From Chloroflexota bacterium (GTDB lineage: Bacteria > Chloroflexota > Limnocylindria > Limnocylindrales > CSP1-4): a stretch of DNA of 64,000 nucleotides. The stretch covers positions 106-64,105 of the forward strand of contig JBHOQO010000012.1 of the NCBI GenBank assembly GCA_042408925.1. Reading direction: 5' to 3'. The translations under genes and the position numbers were made by a program. The notes beneath the pieces were generated by a model that saw nothing but the letters and a program-made list of their open reading frames with translations, was not told the DNA's origin and searched no databases. Shown in pieces: positions 19,592 to 28,000 of this stretch (position 1 is its first letter; every line of letters begins with the position of its first letter).

Positions 19592-20461
19592 GTGATGCGC
19601 GTCACCCAGCAGATGCTTCATGCCAACGCCCTGCGCGCCCTGGCGACCAACCTCGCTCGGCTCGACCGGGCGGCCGAGCAGGTCGCCACGACGAAGCGGC
19701 TGAATCGCCCCTCGGACGACCCGGCCGACGTGCGGCGCGCGGTCAAGCTCGCCGACGCGTTGGCCGAAATCGAGCAATACGTGCGGAACGTCGGTGCCGC
19801 CGACCGTCTGCTCGGGATCGCCGATACGGCCCTCGGTCGAACCGCGGACATCGTCGGCCGGGCTCGCGAGCTCGCCGTCGCCGGCGCCAACGGCAGCCTC
19901 TCGGCCGCCGACCGCTCGGCGATGGCCCAGGAAGTCCGCCAGCTAGCGGAGCAGGTCGTCGTCCTCGCCGCGAGCCGGGTGGGGGACGCGTACATCTTCT
20001 CGGGCCTTCGGACCGACACGCCACCGTACGCCTCGCCGACGGGCCCGTACCAGGGCGACGCCGGGGCGATCCTGGCCTGGATCGGTCCGGGGACGAGCCT
20101 CCGGTTGAACATCGTCGGGAGCGACGTCTTTGGCCCGGTCCTCGGGGCGCTCGACGCCCTCGCGACCGAGCTCGAGGGCGGCGGACCGGTCTCCGCCGCG
20201 ACGATCGCCAGCCTCGATGTCGCCCTAACGGCCGTCGTCGACGGGCGGGCGATCGTCGGCTCCCGCCAGAACCGCCTCGAACTCACGAGAACCGCGCTCG
20301 ACGATGCCCGCCTGGCGACCGAACGGCTCCGGTCGATGGTCGAGGACGCCGACCTCGCGGCGGCGATCAGCGACCTGCGACGGCAGGAGACCACGTACCA
20401 GGCTGCCCTCGGAGTCACGGCGAGGGTCCTCTCGATGAGCCTCATCGAGTACCTCCGCTGA
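19592..20461 (+). CDS. flgL: flagellar hook-associated protein 3 FlgL
   Basis: flagellin-like N- and C-termini (MRVTQQMLHANALRALATNL..; ..ETTYQAALGVTARVLSMSLIEYL). Confidence 0.85.
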   Translation: MMRVTQQMLHANALRALATNLARLDRAAEQVATTKRLNRPSDDPADVRRAVKLADALAEIEQYVRNVGAADRLLGIADTALGRTADIVGRARELAVAGANGSLSAADRSAMAQEVRQLAEQVVVLAASRVGDAYIFSGLRTDTPPYASPTGPYQGDAGAILAWIGPGTSLRLNIVGSDVFGPVLGALDALATELEGGGPVSAATIASLDVALTAVVDGRAIVGSRQNRLELTRTALDDARLATERLRSMVEDADLAAAISDLRRQETTYQAALGVTARVLSMSLIEYLR

Positions 20462-20464
20462 TCG

Positions 20465-20905
20465 ATGGCGACGATCCACCAGCCGCCGTCCGCCACGCCC
20501 GCTCCCGACACGTCGCGCTCCGGTGGCGAGGTCCCGGAGCAGCGCCCGCTTCCCACGAGGCTCCGGCTGGCCGAAGGCCTCGTCGGCCTGCCCGCGCTCC
20601 GTCGCTTTCGGGTCCAGTTCGTCGGCGACGGCCTCCTCGAGCTCGCCTGCCTCGACGATCGAACCTTCGCGGTCTATGCTGCGCCGCTAGCCCTCGTCGA
20701 CCCGGCCGCGGACACCCTGCTCCGCGAGCGCCACCTGGCCGAACCCGGCGACGCCGTCCTCGTCTTGCTGGCGGCCCACGGGGAGCCACCGGTCGTGACC
20801 GCCAACCTCGCCGGGCCGATCGTCGTGGGGGCAGACGGCCGCGGTCGCCAGCTCGTCATCGAGGACCCGGCCTTCCCGCTTCGGGCGCCGCTCGGGAGCC
20901 GCTGA
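20465..20905 (+). CDS. fliW: flagellar assembly factor FliW (CsrA antagonist)
   Basis: 146 aa, FliW family pattern (F..GL.GL...R.F.L......L...Q......FAV..AP......Y); followed by csrA as in Bacillus. Confidence 0.85.
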   Translation: MATIHQPPSATPAPDTSRSGGEVPEQRPLPTRLRLAEGLVGLPALRRFRVQFVGDGLLELACLDDRTFAVYAAPLALVDPAADTLLRERHLAEPGDAVLVLLAAHGEPPVVTANLAGPIVVGADGRGRQLVIEDPAFPLRAPLGSR

Positions 20906-20907
20906 GG

Positions 20908-21141
20908 ATGCTCGTCCTCACCCGCCGGCCGGGTCAAGGGATCCGGATCGGGCCGGAAATCGAGCTGACCGTCGTCCGCGTCAGCGGCGAGCGGGTCGTC
21001 TTGGCCGTGGCTGCGCCGGCGGCGGTCCCCGTCGTCCGCTCGGAGCTCCTCGCCGCCGTCACGGCCGAGACCCACGCCGCCGCCCGGAGCGCGCGCAGCG
21101 TCCGGCACGCCCTCGACGATCGGGTCGGCGGCTCGGTGTGA
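20908..21141 (+). CDS. csrA: carbon storage regulator CsrA
   Basis: MLVLTRRPGQGIRIGPEIELTVVRVSGERVVLAVAAPAAVPVVRSEL matches CsrA family almost residue by residue. Confidence 0.9.
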   Translation: MLVLTRRPGQGIRIGPEIELTVVRVSGERVVLAVAAPAAVPVVRSELLAAVTAETHAAARSARSVRHALDDRVGGSV

Positions 21142-21207
21142 GAGCTGGCACAACCCGCGGGAGCCGTGCCCGCCCGAGAGCGCTCGGCTCGGTCGCGACC
21201 CCGGACG

Positions 21208-21786
21208 TCAGCGACCCGCTTCGATCACGAACCAGCGCGACGCGTCGTCGCCCGAGAGGCCGTGACGCGACTCCAGGCCCCGGAACGTCTCCTCCCCGCT
21301 GACGTCCACCGGGAGCTGGACGACCGAGCTGAAGCCGACCTTGATGAGGAGGGCGACGAGATCGGCTGCAGACCAGGGCGGCAGTGCCTTGAGACGGTCG
21401 AGCGAGAGCACGCCCTGGAGGGCGAGCCGGCGGACCTCCGCTTCCGCGACCGCCCGATCGCGGCCGACGAGCCGGAGTCGTCCACCGGGCGCAAGCACCC
21501 GGGCCGCCTCGAGGACGAAGGCGAGAAGACCCTCGCCCAGCGTGTCGGGGAGCTCCCAGGCGTAGATGCGATCGACACTCCCGTCATCGAAGGGGAGGGC
21601 GAGGCGCAGATCCAGGTCGAGGTCGCCAACCTTCGGATCTTGGGAGACGCGGATCCATCCGGGCAGGCGGACCTCGCCCGGACCAAGGTGGAGTCGGAGC
21701 GAGCGTTGGCCGCGATAGCGATCCGCGGCTTCGAAGCCGGCGAGATAGCGGAGCGGGTCGAAGGCAGGCCTCGGGGACGTGGTCAT
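21208..21786 (-). CDS. class I SAM-dependent methyltransferase-like protein (last gene of glycosylation operon)
   Basis: MTase fold motifs (LHLGPGEV..; FDDGSVDRIYAW..; RVLAPGGRLRLV); ATG overlaps upstream gene stop (ATGA). Confidence 0.5.
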   Translation of the reverse strand: MTTSPRPAFDPLRYLAGFEAADRYRGQRSLRLHLGPGEVRLPGWIRVSQDPKVGDLDLDLRLALPFDDGSVDRIYAWELPDTLGEGLLAFVLEAARVLAPGGRLRLVGRDRAVAEAEVRRLALQGVLSLDRLKALPPWSAADLVALLIKVGFSSVVQLPVDVSGEETFRGLESRHGLSGDDASRWFVIEAGR

Positions 21787-23843
21787 GGGATCCTCCCGGC
21801 GCTGGTACGTTCGGCGACGGCAACCGTCACGTCGGAGGGAGCGCAGCCCCCCGCTCCGCCACGAAGCGTGACGACGGCTTCGACGTTGGCGAGACGGATG
21901 TCGAGCGCGAGCAGGCGACGCCAGCGCTCGGCCCCTGGATGACGACCGCGGAGCGCGGCGGCGGGATCGAAGCGGACGAACGACAGCCCGGCCGAGACGA
22001 GCTCGGTCCCCACCGGGATCGCCTCGGGGTCCGGCGGCCAGCCCCCGACGATACGACCGTCGGGTTCGGCGAGCCAGCCATAGACGGCCTCGAGCCCTTC
22101 GTCGACCGCGACCTCCAGGAGGAGAGCAATGTGTTCCGGCGTGTAGACGTCGCCCGGCGCGAGCGTGGCCACCCAGGCGCCTCGCGCGGCAGCGAGCCCA
22201 CGGTTCAGGGCGCGAGCCCAGCGGGCGAAGGGATCGGTATCGCTCCGGGGACGAAGGGGCACGCATCGCACCCGCGGATCGGCGATCGGCGGCGTGGGAG
22301 CCGTGGTGTCGACGACGGCGAGCACCTCCACCGCCCTGTGGAGGCCGGTCAGGATCGATCCGATCGACCGGTCGAGGGCCTCGCGCTCCGCATCCGCCTC
22401 CGACCTCGACGCCGTCTCGATGGCCGAGCCATGAACGCGTACGACCGGAATGATGACGCTGACGAGCCTAGGATCGGCCGACGGGCGCGCCCGGCAGACG
22501 CCGTCTTCGCCACGTCGCCGGGCGAGGAGCCGCTCGGCGGCCGCGTCGCGCTGCCAAACCCGCCGCCGGTGCTCGAGCGCCTCGCGGGCCGAGGACCGGA
22601 TGGCGGCCGCCGCCTCGGCGGGGACGGCCACGCTCCGCCCGAGGGCGCCGATTCCAGCGTGGGCGGCCGCCCACCAGAACGCGTCGGCCCACTCTGCCGC
22701 GCGCTGCCGGGCGTCGTACTCGGCGAGGACCCGCTCCCGGGCGCGACCGACGACGTCAGCCCGCAGGCCCGGCGACCGCGCCAGACGGAGGAGCGTCTCC
22801 AGCCATTCGGCCTTGTTCTTCACGAGGAAGCCATCCACCCCGTGGCGGATGACGTCGTACGGCCCACCGTCCATCGTCCGGGAGGCGATGGTCACGGCTC
22901 CGGCAAGGGAGTACTCGAGCCAATGGAGCTCCGACTTCGCCCGATCGAACTCGTCGCCCAGCAGGGGCGCCAGTCCGATGTCCGGCGCCGCTCGAACGAG
23001 CGCCGCCGCGAAGGCCGGGACGCCGATCACGTAATCGTGGACCTCGTCGACGATGGCCTCGAGCCGTGCTCGGGCCTCGGGATCGTCTGGCGCCCCGAGC
23101 CACACCCGCCAGAGGTCTGGGTGGCGGCGCTTCGCTTCGTCGACCGGGCCGCGACAGACCTCGTAGTAGTTGAGACGGGACAGGTTCCCGTAGTGGAGGA
23201 CGCGCGGGTTCCCGGGGAGGTTTGAATCTGGTGTCGTCGTCTCGTACCAGTGGGGGTCGACGGCGTTGCGGATCACCCGGACCCGGTCACTGTACGGCCA
23301 GACGCGGGCCGCCAGGATCGGCGTCGACACCGTCACCAGATCCGCTCGCCGCAGCATCGCCTCGATGAGCCCTCGCTCCGGTGCCAAGATCCGGCGGTTC
23401 CCGTTCCAGGCGGGGATCCGCAACAGGTCGTCATCGGTTTCGTAGACGAGGGCTCGGCCGGCCAGGAGGCGCGGCTCGGTCACCAGCGCCTCCCACATGG
23501 GGCGGAGGAACTCGTTCGCGGCCCGCTGGATCCGGTGACCGCTCGCTTGGGCATGCGCCATCGCCTCGCTGTGCCGCGGGGTTGCGAACCGACAGTCGAA
23601 GCAGAGATGATGCGTCTGTTCGGCCCGTCGAAGGACGAGGACGTCGGCCCACTCGATCGCCTGACGGTCGGCCCAGGCAAGGCGACCGCCGTCGACCGTC
23701 GTCTGGGGTGCGGCGACCGTCAGCCAGGACTTGAGCTCCACGCCGAGCTCCTCGAGATAGGGTTGGAACATCCAGGTCCGGTAGAAATCGCAGACGCCGA
23801 CGGGCGTGGAGTTGTAGACGAGGACGCGCAGCCGCCCGTTCAT
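21783..23843 (-). CDS. bidomain glycosyltransferase: N-terminal GT-B (GT4-like) + C-terminal GT-A (GT2-like) domain
   Basis: GT4-type C-half (GAVTIASRTMDGGPYDVIRHGVDGFLVKNKAEWLETLLRLARSP); GT2-type LVSVIIPVV..ALNRGLAAARGAWVATLAPGDVYTPEH; start MNGRL at 23843 overlapping upstream stop. Confidence 0.65.
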   Translation of the reverse strand: MNGRLRVLVYNSTPVGVCDFYRTWMFQPYLEELGVELKSWLTVAAPQTTVDGGRLAWADRQAIEWADVLVLRRAEQTHHLCFDCRFATPRHSEAMAHAQASGHRIQRAANEFLRPMWEALVTEPRLLAGRALVYETDDDLLRIPAWNGNRRILAPERGLIEAMLRRADLVTVSTPILAARVWPYSDRVRVIRNAVDPHWYETTTPDSNLPGNPRVLHYGNLSRLNYYEVCRGPVDEAKRRHPDLWRVWLGAPDDPEARARLEAIVDEVHDYVIGVPAFAAALVRAAPDIGLAPLLGDEFDRAKSELHWLEYSLAGAVTIASRTMDGGPYDVIRHGVDGFLVKNKAEWLETLLRLARSPGLRADVVGRARERVLAEYDARQRAAEWADAFWWAAAHAGIGALGRSVAVPAEAAAAIRSSAREALEHRRRVWQRDAAAERLLARRRGEDGVCRARPSADPRLVSVIIPVVRVHGSAIETASRSEADAEREALDRSIGSILTGLHRAVEVLAVVDTTAPTPPIADPRVRCVPLRPRSDTDPFARWARALNRGLAAARGAWVATLAPGDVYTPEHIALLLEVAVDEGLEAVYGWLAEPDGRIVGGWPPDPEAIPVGTELVSAGLSFVRFDPAAALRGRHPGAERWRRLLALDIRLANVEAVVTLRGGAGGCAPSDVTVAVAERTSAGRIP

Positions 23844-24973
23844 GCGCCGATTTCCGAAGCGAGCGGCCGAGTGGTTAGCGCGGGACCGCCGGCGAGATGG
23901 AAGAGGCGTACCACCTGCTCGAAGAAGCGAGTGCGCTGGCTCCGGATCCAGCGTCGGTAGTCGTCGAACGCCCTGCTCGCGCCGGGATCGTCGAGGCACC
24001 AGGCGATCCGCGCGACCGCCAGATCGATGTTCGCATCGGGGACCTTGAACAGATCGGGGATCGGGAGGTCCTCGGCGAACGCCGCGGCCCCCTGGCGGCC
24101 GGTCACGACGCAGCAGCCGGCGAGCGCTGCTTCGCGAGGCAGCCGGTCCATGCCTGGGTGCGGGCCGAAGTCGATGTAGACCCGACAGGTGGCCAGGAGC
24201 GCCGCCACCCCGGCAGCATCCAGTCCGGCGATGGGCACCCACTCCGCCTCGACGCCCAGCGCGAGACTGCGCTGGATGATCTGTATCGTCGTCTCGAACC
24301 CCTTCTTTGGATTGAAGGCGACCCGGCGCCGCCTCGGTGTCTCGGTCGTGGGGGCGAAATGCGCGGCCGCTAGATAGTCCCCGAGCGGCTCGCCAGCCGT
24401 GCCGTGGACGGCCAGGTAGGCTCGGGCGTAGGCCGACTGATAGAGGTGGACGGGCGCCCGCCGGGGAGCCGGACGCTGAAAGAAGCGGCCGAGGCCCGAG
24501 ACGAGGTTGTTGTCGACGCTCAACCACCAAAGGCCGACGCGGGCGGCGACGAACTCGTCGACGGCGCAGCTCCAAACCTCCGGGAGAATGATGACCGTGT
24601 CGCCGTCGTCCGGGAGCGGCGCCCGCCAGAGCGGCACGCGATAGTGGCGGTAGGCATCCGGGATCGTTGCGGTCGTAACCGACTCCGCAAATGCTCGCCC
24701 GGGGGCCGGCGCCAGATACGCCATCGCCGCGTCGGCGCCGAGTCCAACGAGCGCGTCGACGAGCTGATGGAGTGCTTCGGGCCCGCCCGTGACGCTCTCG
24801 GCGGGGCACGTCACGATCACCCGCTGGTGGGCCTGGAGCGCGAGCGGGGAGGGGCCCGGTTCCGTTCTCCTGGCGGTCGGAGGCTCACCGGGCCGGCGCC
24901 CCGTCGTCCGCTTGGGCGGGCGGGGGAGTAGGATCGCGGGACGGGCGTGGCGCCGCTCTCGCCGATGCTTCAC
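23840..24973 (-). CDS. hypothetical protein, probable GT-B-fold glycosyltransferase; N-terminal extent uncertain
   Basis: C-terminal half resembles GT-B nucleotide-sugar-binding half (..AALLATCRVYIDFGPHPGMDRLPREAALAGCCVVTGRQG..EDLPIP..); ATGA couplings at both ends. Confidence 0.4.
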   Translation of the reverse strand: MKHRRERRHARPAILLPRPPKRTTGRRPGEPPTARRTEPGPSPLALQAHQRVIVTCPAESVTGGPEALHQLVDALVGLGADAAMAYLAPAPGRAFAESVTTATIPDAYRHYRVPLWRAPLPDDGDTVIILPEVWSCAVDEFVAARVGLWWLSVDNNLVSGLGRFFQRPAPRRAPVHLYQSAYARAYLAVHGTAGEPLGDYLAAAHFAPTTETPRRRRVAFNPKKGFETTIQIIQRSLALGVEAEWVPIAGLDAAGVAALLATCRVYIDFGPHPGMDRLPREAALAGCCVVTGRQGAAAFAEDLPIPDLFKVPDANIDLAVARIAWCLDDPGASRAFDDYRRWIRSQRTRFFEQVVRLFHLAGGPALTTRPLASEIGA

Positions 24974-26022
24974 GAGAAGAGCTCCAGCCAGGTCAGCATT
25001 CCCTGGCGCAGACGATCGAAGTACTCACCGTCGAGCGGCAGGCGCTCGGCGAGCTCCTTGTAGGCGCCGCTTACGGTCGTCGCGTCCAGCCGGACCGAGT
25101 CGACCGCCCGCCAGAACGTCTCGTTCGCCTCGATCCCGGCTGCCTCCTTCCTGAGGTTCGCGAAGACGTTGCTCGCTCGCCGGTGCTCGACGGTAGGCAG
25201 CCCGGAGACCATCGCCAGGCCGAGGTGGTCGGCGACCCGCTTGGCCAGAACCCCGGCCCAGATGTCGTCGAACCGATCGAAGGGCCAGCCGCGGCCCATG
25301 AGGGGGAACCACATCGCCGGCGCGAACTCGGCGCGGAAGGCGAGGTTCATGCCGCTCATCGGGAAGTAGGTCCCACGGGGGATGACCTGGACCGCCTGCG
25401 GCCGCTCGAGGCGGAGGTCGGCATGCAAGAGCTGGGTCGGTGCGTCCAGATCCGGGATTCCTTCCCAGAGGCCGTGACTGACGACGACCGGCGCGGCGTC
25501 CCGAATGCCGTAGGGGAAGCCGCGGGTGTAGAACGCGCAGACCGGTTGCCAGCCCAACGTCACGCGTCGCTGGAGGTTGGCGACATGGGTCGCCAGGAAC
25601 GGTGCCGAGCCGGGATAGCAGTCGTCGTCGATCGTTACGATGACGTCGGCCCCGGACTGCCAGGCCTTCCAATAGCCGAAGTTGCGGATGGCCGCATTGT
25701 GGCGCGGGATGATCCAGGATCGGGATCCGAGCTCCCGGTCGATCTCCGCCCAGGAGTAGTGCTCGATCGTCCAGTTCCGTGGGAGCTCGATCTGGCGCTC
25801 GGGGTGGTCCTCGCAGACGATGACGTCGCAGGCGCCGAGCTCCTCTCGCCAGTCGTCGAGGAACGCGAGGTCCCGGATCGTCGGGATGACGACCGCCACC
25901 CTGGGCGACTGATCGCGGGTGCTGCCTCGAGGCGCCAGATCTGCCTTCGGCTGCTGCCTGGAATCGTCGGGTGGCGTCGCGAGAGCTGATTCTCCCGCGA
26001 TCGGCGGCGCGTTCGGCGACAT
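24970..26022 (-). CDS. reversibly glycosylated polypeptide / UDP-L-arabinopyranose mutase family (GT75) homologue
   Basis: collinear similarity to plant RGP/UAM: VVIPTIRDLAFLDDW, DDDCY (DxD), GFPYGIRDAAPVVVSHGLWEGIPDLDAPTQL, PRGTYFPMSGMNLAF, DRFDDIWAG, DHLGL..GLP..H..ASNVFANLRKE, YFDRL..GMLTWLE; GAGGAG RBS 5 nt upstream of ATG at 26022. Confidence 0.75.
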   Translation of the reverse strand: MSPNAPPIAGESALATPPDDSRQQPKADLAPRGSTRDQSPRVAVVIPTIRDLAFLDDWREELGACDVIVCEDHPERQIELPRNWTIEHYSWAEIDRELGSRSWIIPRHNAAIRNFGYWKAWQSGADVIVTIDDDCYPGSAPFLATHVANLQRRVTLGWQPVCAFYTRGFPYGIRDAAPVVVSHGLWEGIPDLDAPTQLLHADLRLERPQAVQVIPRGTYFPMSGMNLAFRAEFAPAMWFPLMGRGWPFDRFDDIWAGVLAKRVADHLGLAMVSGLPTVEHRRASNVFANLRKEAAGIEANETFWRAVDSVRLDATTVSGAYKELAERLPLDGEYFDRLRQGMLTWLELFS

Positions 26023-26217
26023 CGGTCTCCTCGTCGTTCCTCGATCGAGTCGTGGCGAGCGGGGACGGCGCGGGGCCCCGCGGTCGACCAATTCCACGCC
26101 ACAGGATGCGGCCGACGGGCGGGCGCGGCCAGACCCGACTTCGGGTAGGTGAAGACCCCGGGAGGCACCAGGTGTCCGCTCGCTCCGAGGCCGGCGGGCG
26201 GCGCCTCGGCGCACCAC

Positions 26218-26348
26218 CGGTCGCGCCGATTCCTCGCCGATTCCTCAAGTTGGGCTCGCCGGCGACCGATCCCCAGCCAGACGGGAACGGTTCCCGTCGG
26301 CGGCATGGACGCCGCCAAGGATTCGGCAGTGGCTAGGAGGCCAGTCCA
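26218..26348 (+). promoter_or_regulatory. flagellin leader/promoter region: tandem GCCGATTCCTC boxes (sigma-28 -10-like) and GGA-containing candidate CsrA sites including SD
   Basis: cgCGCCGATTCCTCGCCGATTCCTCaag; downstream GGCGGC-atggac-GCCGCC hairpin followed by AAGGATTC and ctAGGAGGcc SD. Confidence 0.3.
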
Positions 26349-27182
26349 GTGGGAGTCCGAATCAACACGAACATCGAGGCGCTCATCGCCCAGCGGAACC
26401 TGGCGATCACCTCGAGCAACCTCGGCAAGTCCGTCGAGAAGCTCTCCTCGGGCCTGCGCATCAACCGGGCAGCCGACGATGCGGCGGGCCTCGGGATCAG
26501 CGAGAAGCTCCGAGCCCAAGTTCGCGGTCTCAATCAGGCCAGCCGTAACGCGCAGGACGCCATCTCGATGGTCCAGACCGCGGAAGGTGCGCTCAACGAA
26601 GTCCACGCCATGCTCCAGCGGATCCGCGAGCTGGCGGTCCAGTACAACAACGGGACGAACGACGCGGACTCGAAGGCGTCGATCCTCGCCGAGGTGAAGC
26701 AGCTCGCCGACGCCATTGGCACCGTCGCCAGCCAGACCCAGTTCAATGGCGTCAACCTCCTCTCCGGCACCGGGACGACGGTCACCTTCCAGGTTGGCGC
26801 CAACGGCGGCGAGACGCTCAACGTCGGCTTCGGCGGCCTCGACGCCGGCGTCTCGTCGGTCTCGGCGTTCGTCTCCGCGGCGAACGTGACCTCCGTCTTC
26901 GGCACCGGGACCGCCACGATCAGTGCGGTCGACGATGCCATCAGCTACATCAGCTCGATGCGCGGTACCTTCGGCGCCGCCCAGAACCGCCTCGAGCACA
27001 CGATCAACAGCCTGAACGTCGCCTCGGAGAACCTGGCTGCGTCGGAGTCGCGGATCCGTGATCTCGACGTCGCCGCCGAGATGGTGAACTTCACCAAGCT
27101 CCAGATCCTCCAGCAGGCCGGCACGGCGATCCTCGCCCAGGCGAACCAGGCCCCGCAGTCGGTCCTCGCGCTCCTCCGCTAG
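26349..27182 (+). CDS. hag: flagellin (FliC/Hag), short form with Ser/Thr-rich central segment
   Basis: GTG start 7 nt after AGGAGG; conserved N-terminus (VRINTNIEALIAQRNL..SSGLRINRAADDAAGL) and C-terminus (AQNRLEHTINSL..ILQQAGTAILAQANQAPQSVLALLR). Confidence 0.95.
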   Translation: MGVRINTNIEALIAQRNLAITSSNLGKSVEKLSSGLRINRAADDAAGLGISEKLRAQVRGLNQASRNAQDAISMVQTAEGALNEVHAMLQRIRELAVQYNNGTNDADSKASILAEVKQLADAIGTVASQTQFNGVNLLSGTGTTVTFQVGANGGETLNVGFGGLDAGVSSVSAFVSAANVTSVFGTGTATISAVDDAISYISSMRGTFGAAQNRLEHTINSLNVASENLAASESRIRDLDVAAEMVNFTKLQILQQAGTAILAQANQAPQSVLALLR

Positions 27183-27206
27183 GCGAGGAGTCGACCGGTC
27201 CGGTGG

Positions 27207-27236
27207 GCCGGCGGTCGGCGTGGCCGCCGGCTCACC
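27207..27236 (+). terminator. GC-rich hairpin downstream of flagellin (partial terminator/attenuator before fliS)
   Basis: GCCGGCGG..(9 nt)..CCGCCGGC inverted repeat 25 nt after hag stop. Confidence 0.35.
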
Positions 27237-27299
27237 CCGTCCAGTCTCCACCCGGTCCACGACACCGCCGTCCACCAGCGACGAACGGAGCGACCAGCG

Positions 27300-27731
27300 A
27301 TGTACGACCCGACGGCCACCTACCGCAGCGCCCAGGCCACGACCGCGACCCCGGTCGGCCAGGTCGTCCTCCTTCTCCAGGGAGCGGTCCGCTTCGGACA
27401 GCGCCACGTGGAGGCGCTCGCGCGCGGCGATCGCGAGGCGGCCCACACCGCCTCGATCCGCTGCCAGGCGATCGTCGCGGGCCTCCAGGAGGTGCTCGAT
27501 CTCCGGGCTGGGCCGATCGCGGCCCAGCTCGACGCCATCTACGACTTCATCCTCCGGCGACTCGTCGAAGGCAACCTTCGGGGCGACCCCCGCCCGACCG
27601 AGGAGGCGATCGGTCTGCTGCGGGATCTCCTCGACGCCTGGACCGAGGTCGCCGCTCGCCACGGCACCGAGACGCACCCTCACGCCGAGGCGCCAGCCTC
27701 CCTCAGCACCCGCCAAGCGATCCCGGCGTGA
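27300..27731 (+). CDS. fliS: flagellar export chaperone FliS
   Basis: FliS family pattern (YRSAQATTATPVGQVVLLLQGAVRF..A...G.....A......I...L...LD). Confidence 0.85.
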   Translation: MYDPTATYRSAQATTATPVGQVVLLLQGAVRFGQRHVEALARGDREAAHTASIRCQAIVAGLQEVLDLRAGPIAAQLDAIYDFILRRLVEGNLRGDPRPTEEAIGLLRDLLDAWTEVAARHGTETHPHAEAPASLSTRQAIPA

Positions 27732-27973
27732 ATCCGACACCACACGGCCCGGAGGCGGCGCTTCGGCGCCGGGTGATCCGCTCGCCGCGGCGTCGGATCC
27801 CGGGCGCCCTCGACTGGCTGTTCACCGACCCGAGCGTGGCGAGTGCGCTCGCGGCCCATCTGGCAACGATCGCGATCACCGCCCGCCGCAGGCGTCCGCC
27901 GCCACGTGCCGAGCGCCGACGAGAGCGCGATCGAGCTCAAGTCGACTCACCGGCCGGCCGATCCCTCTCCTAG
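27728..27973 (+). CDS. possible small Arg-rich ORF between fliS and fliD (FliT-position; speculative)
   Basis: GTG overlapping fliS stop; 81 codons, no family signature; composition partly GC-artefact-like. Confidence 0.15.
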   Translation: MNPTPHGPEAALRRRVIRSPRRRIPGALDWLFTDPSVASALAAHLATIAITARRRRPPPRAERRRERDRAQVDSPAGRSLS

Positions 27974-28000
27974 GTACCATCGTCAACGCGAGGAGCTGGC

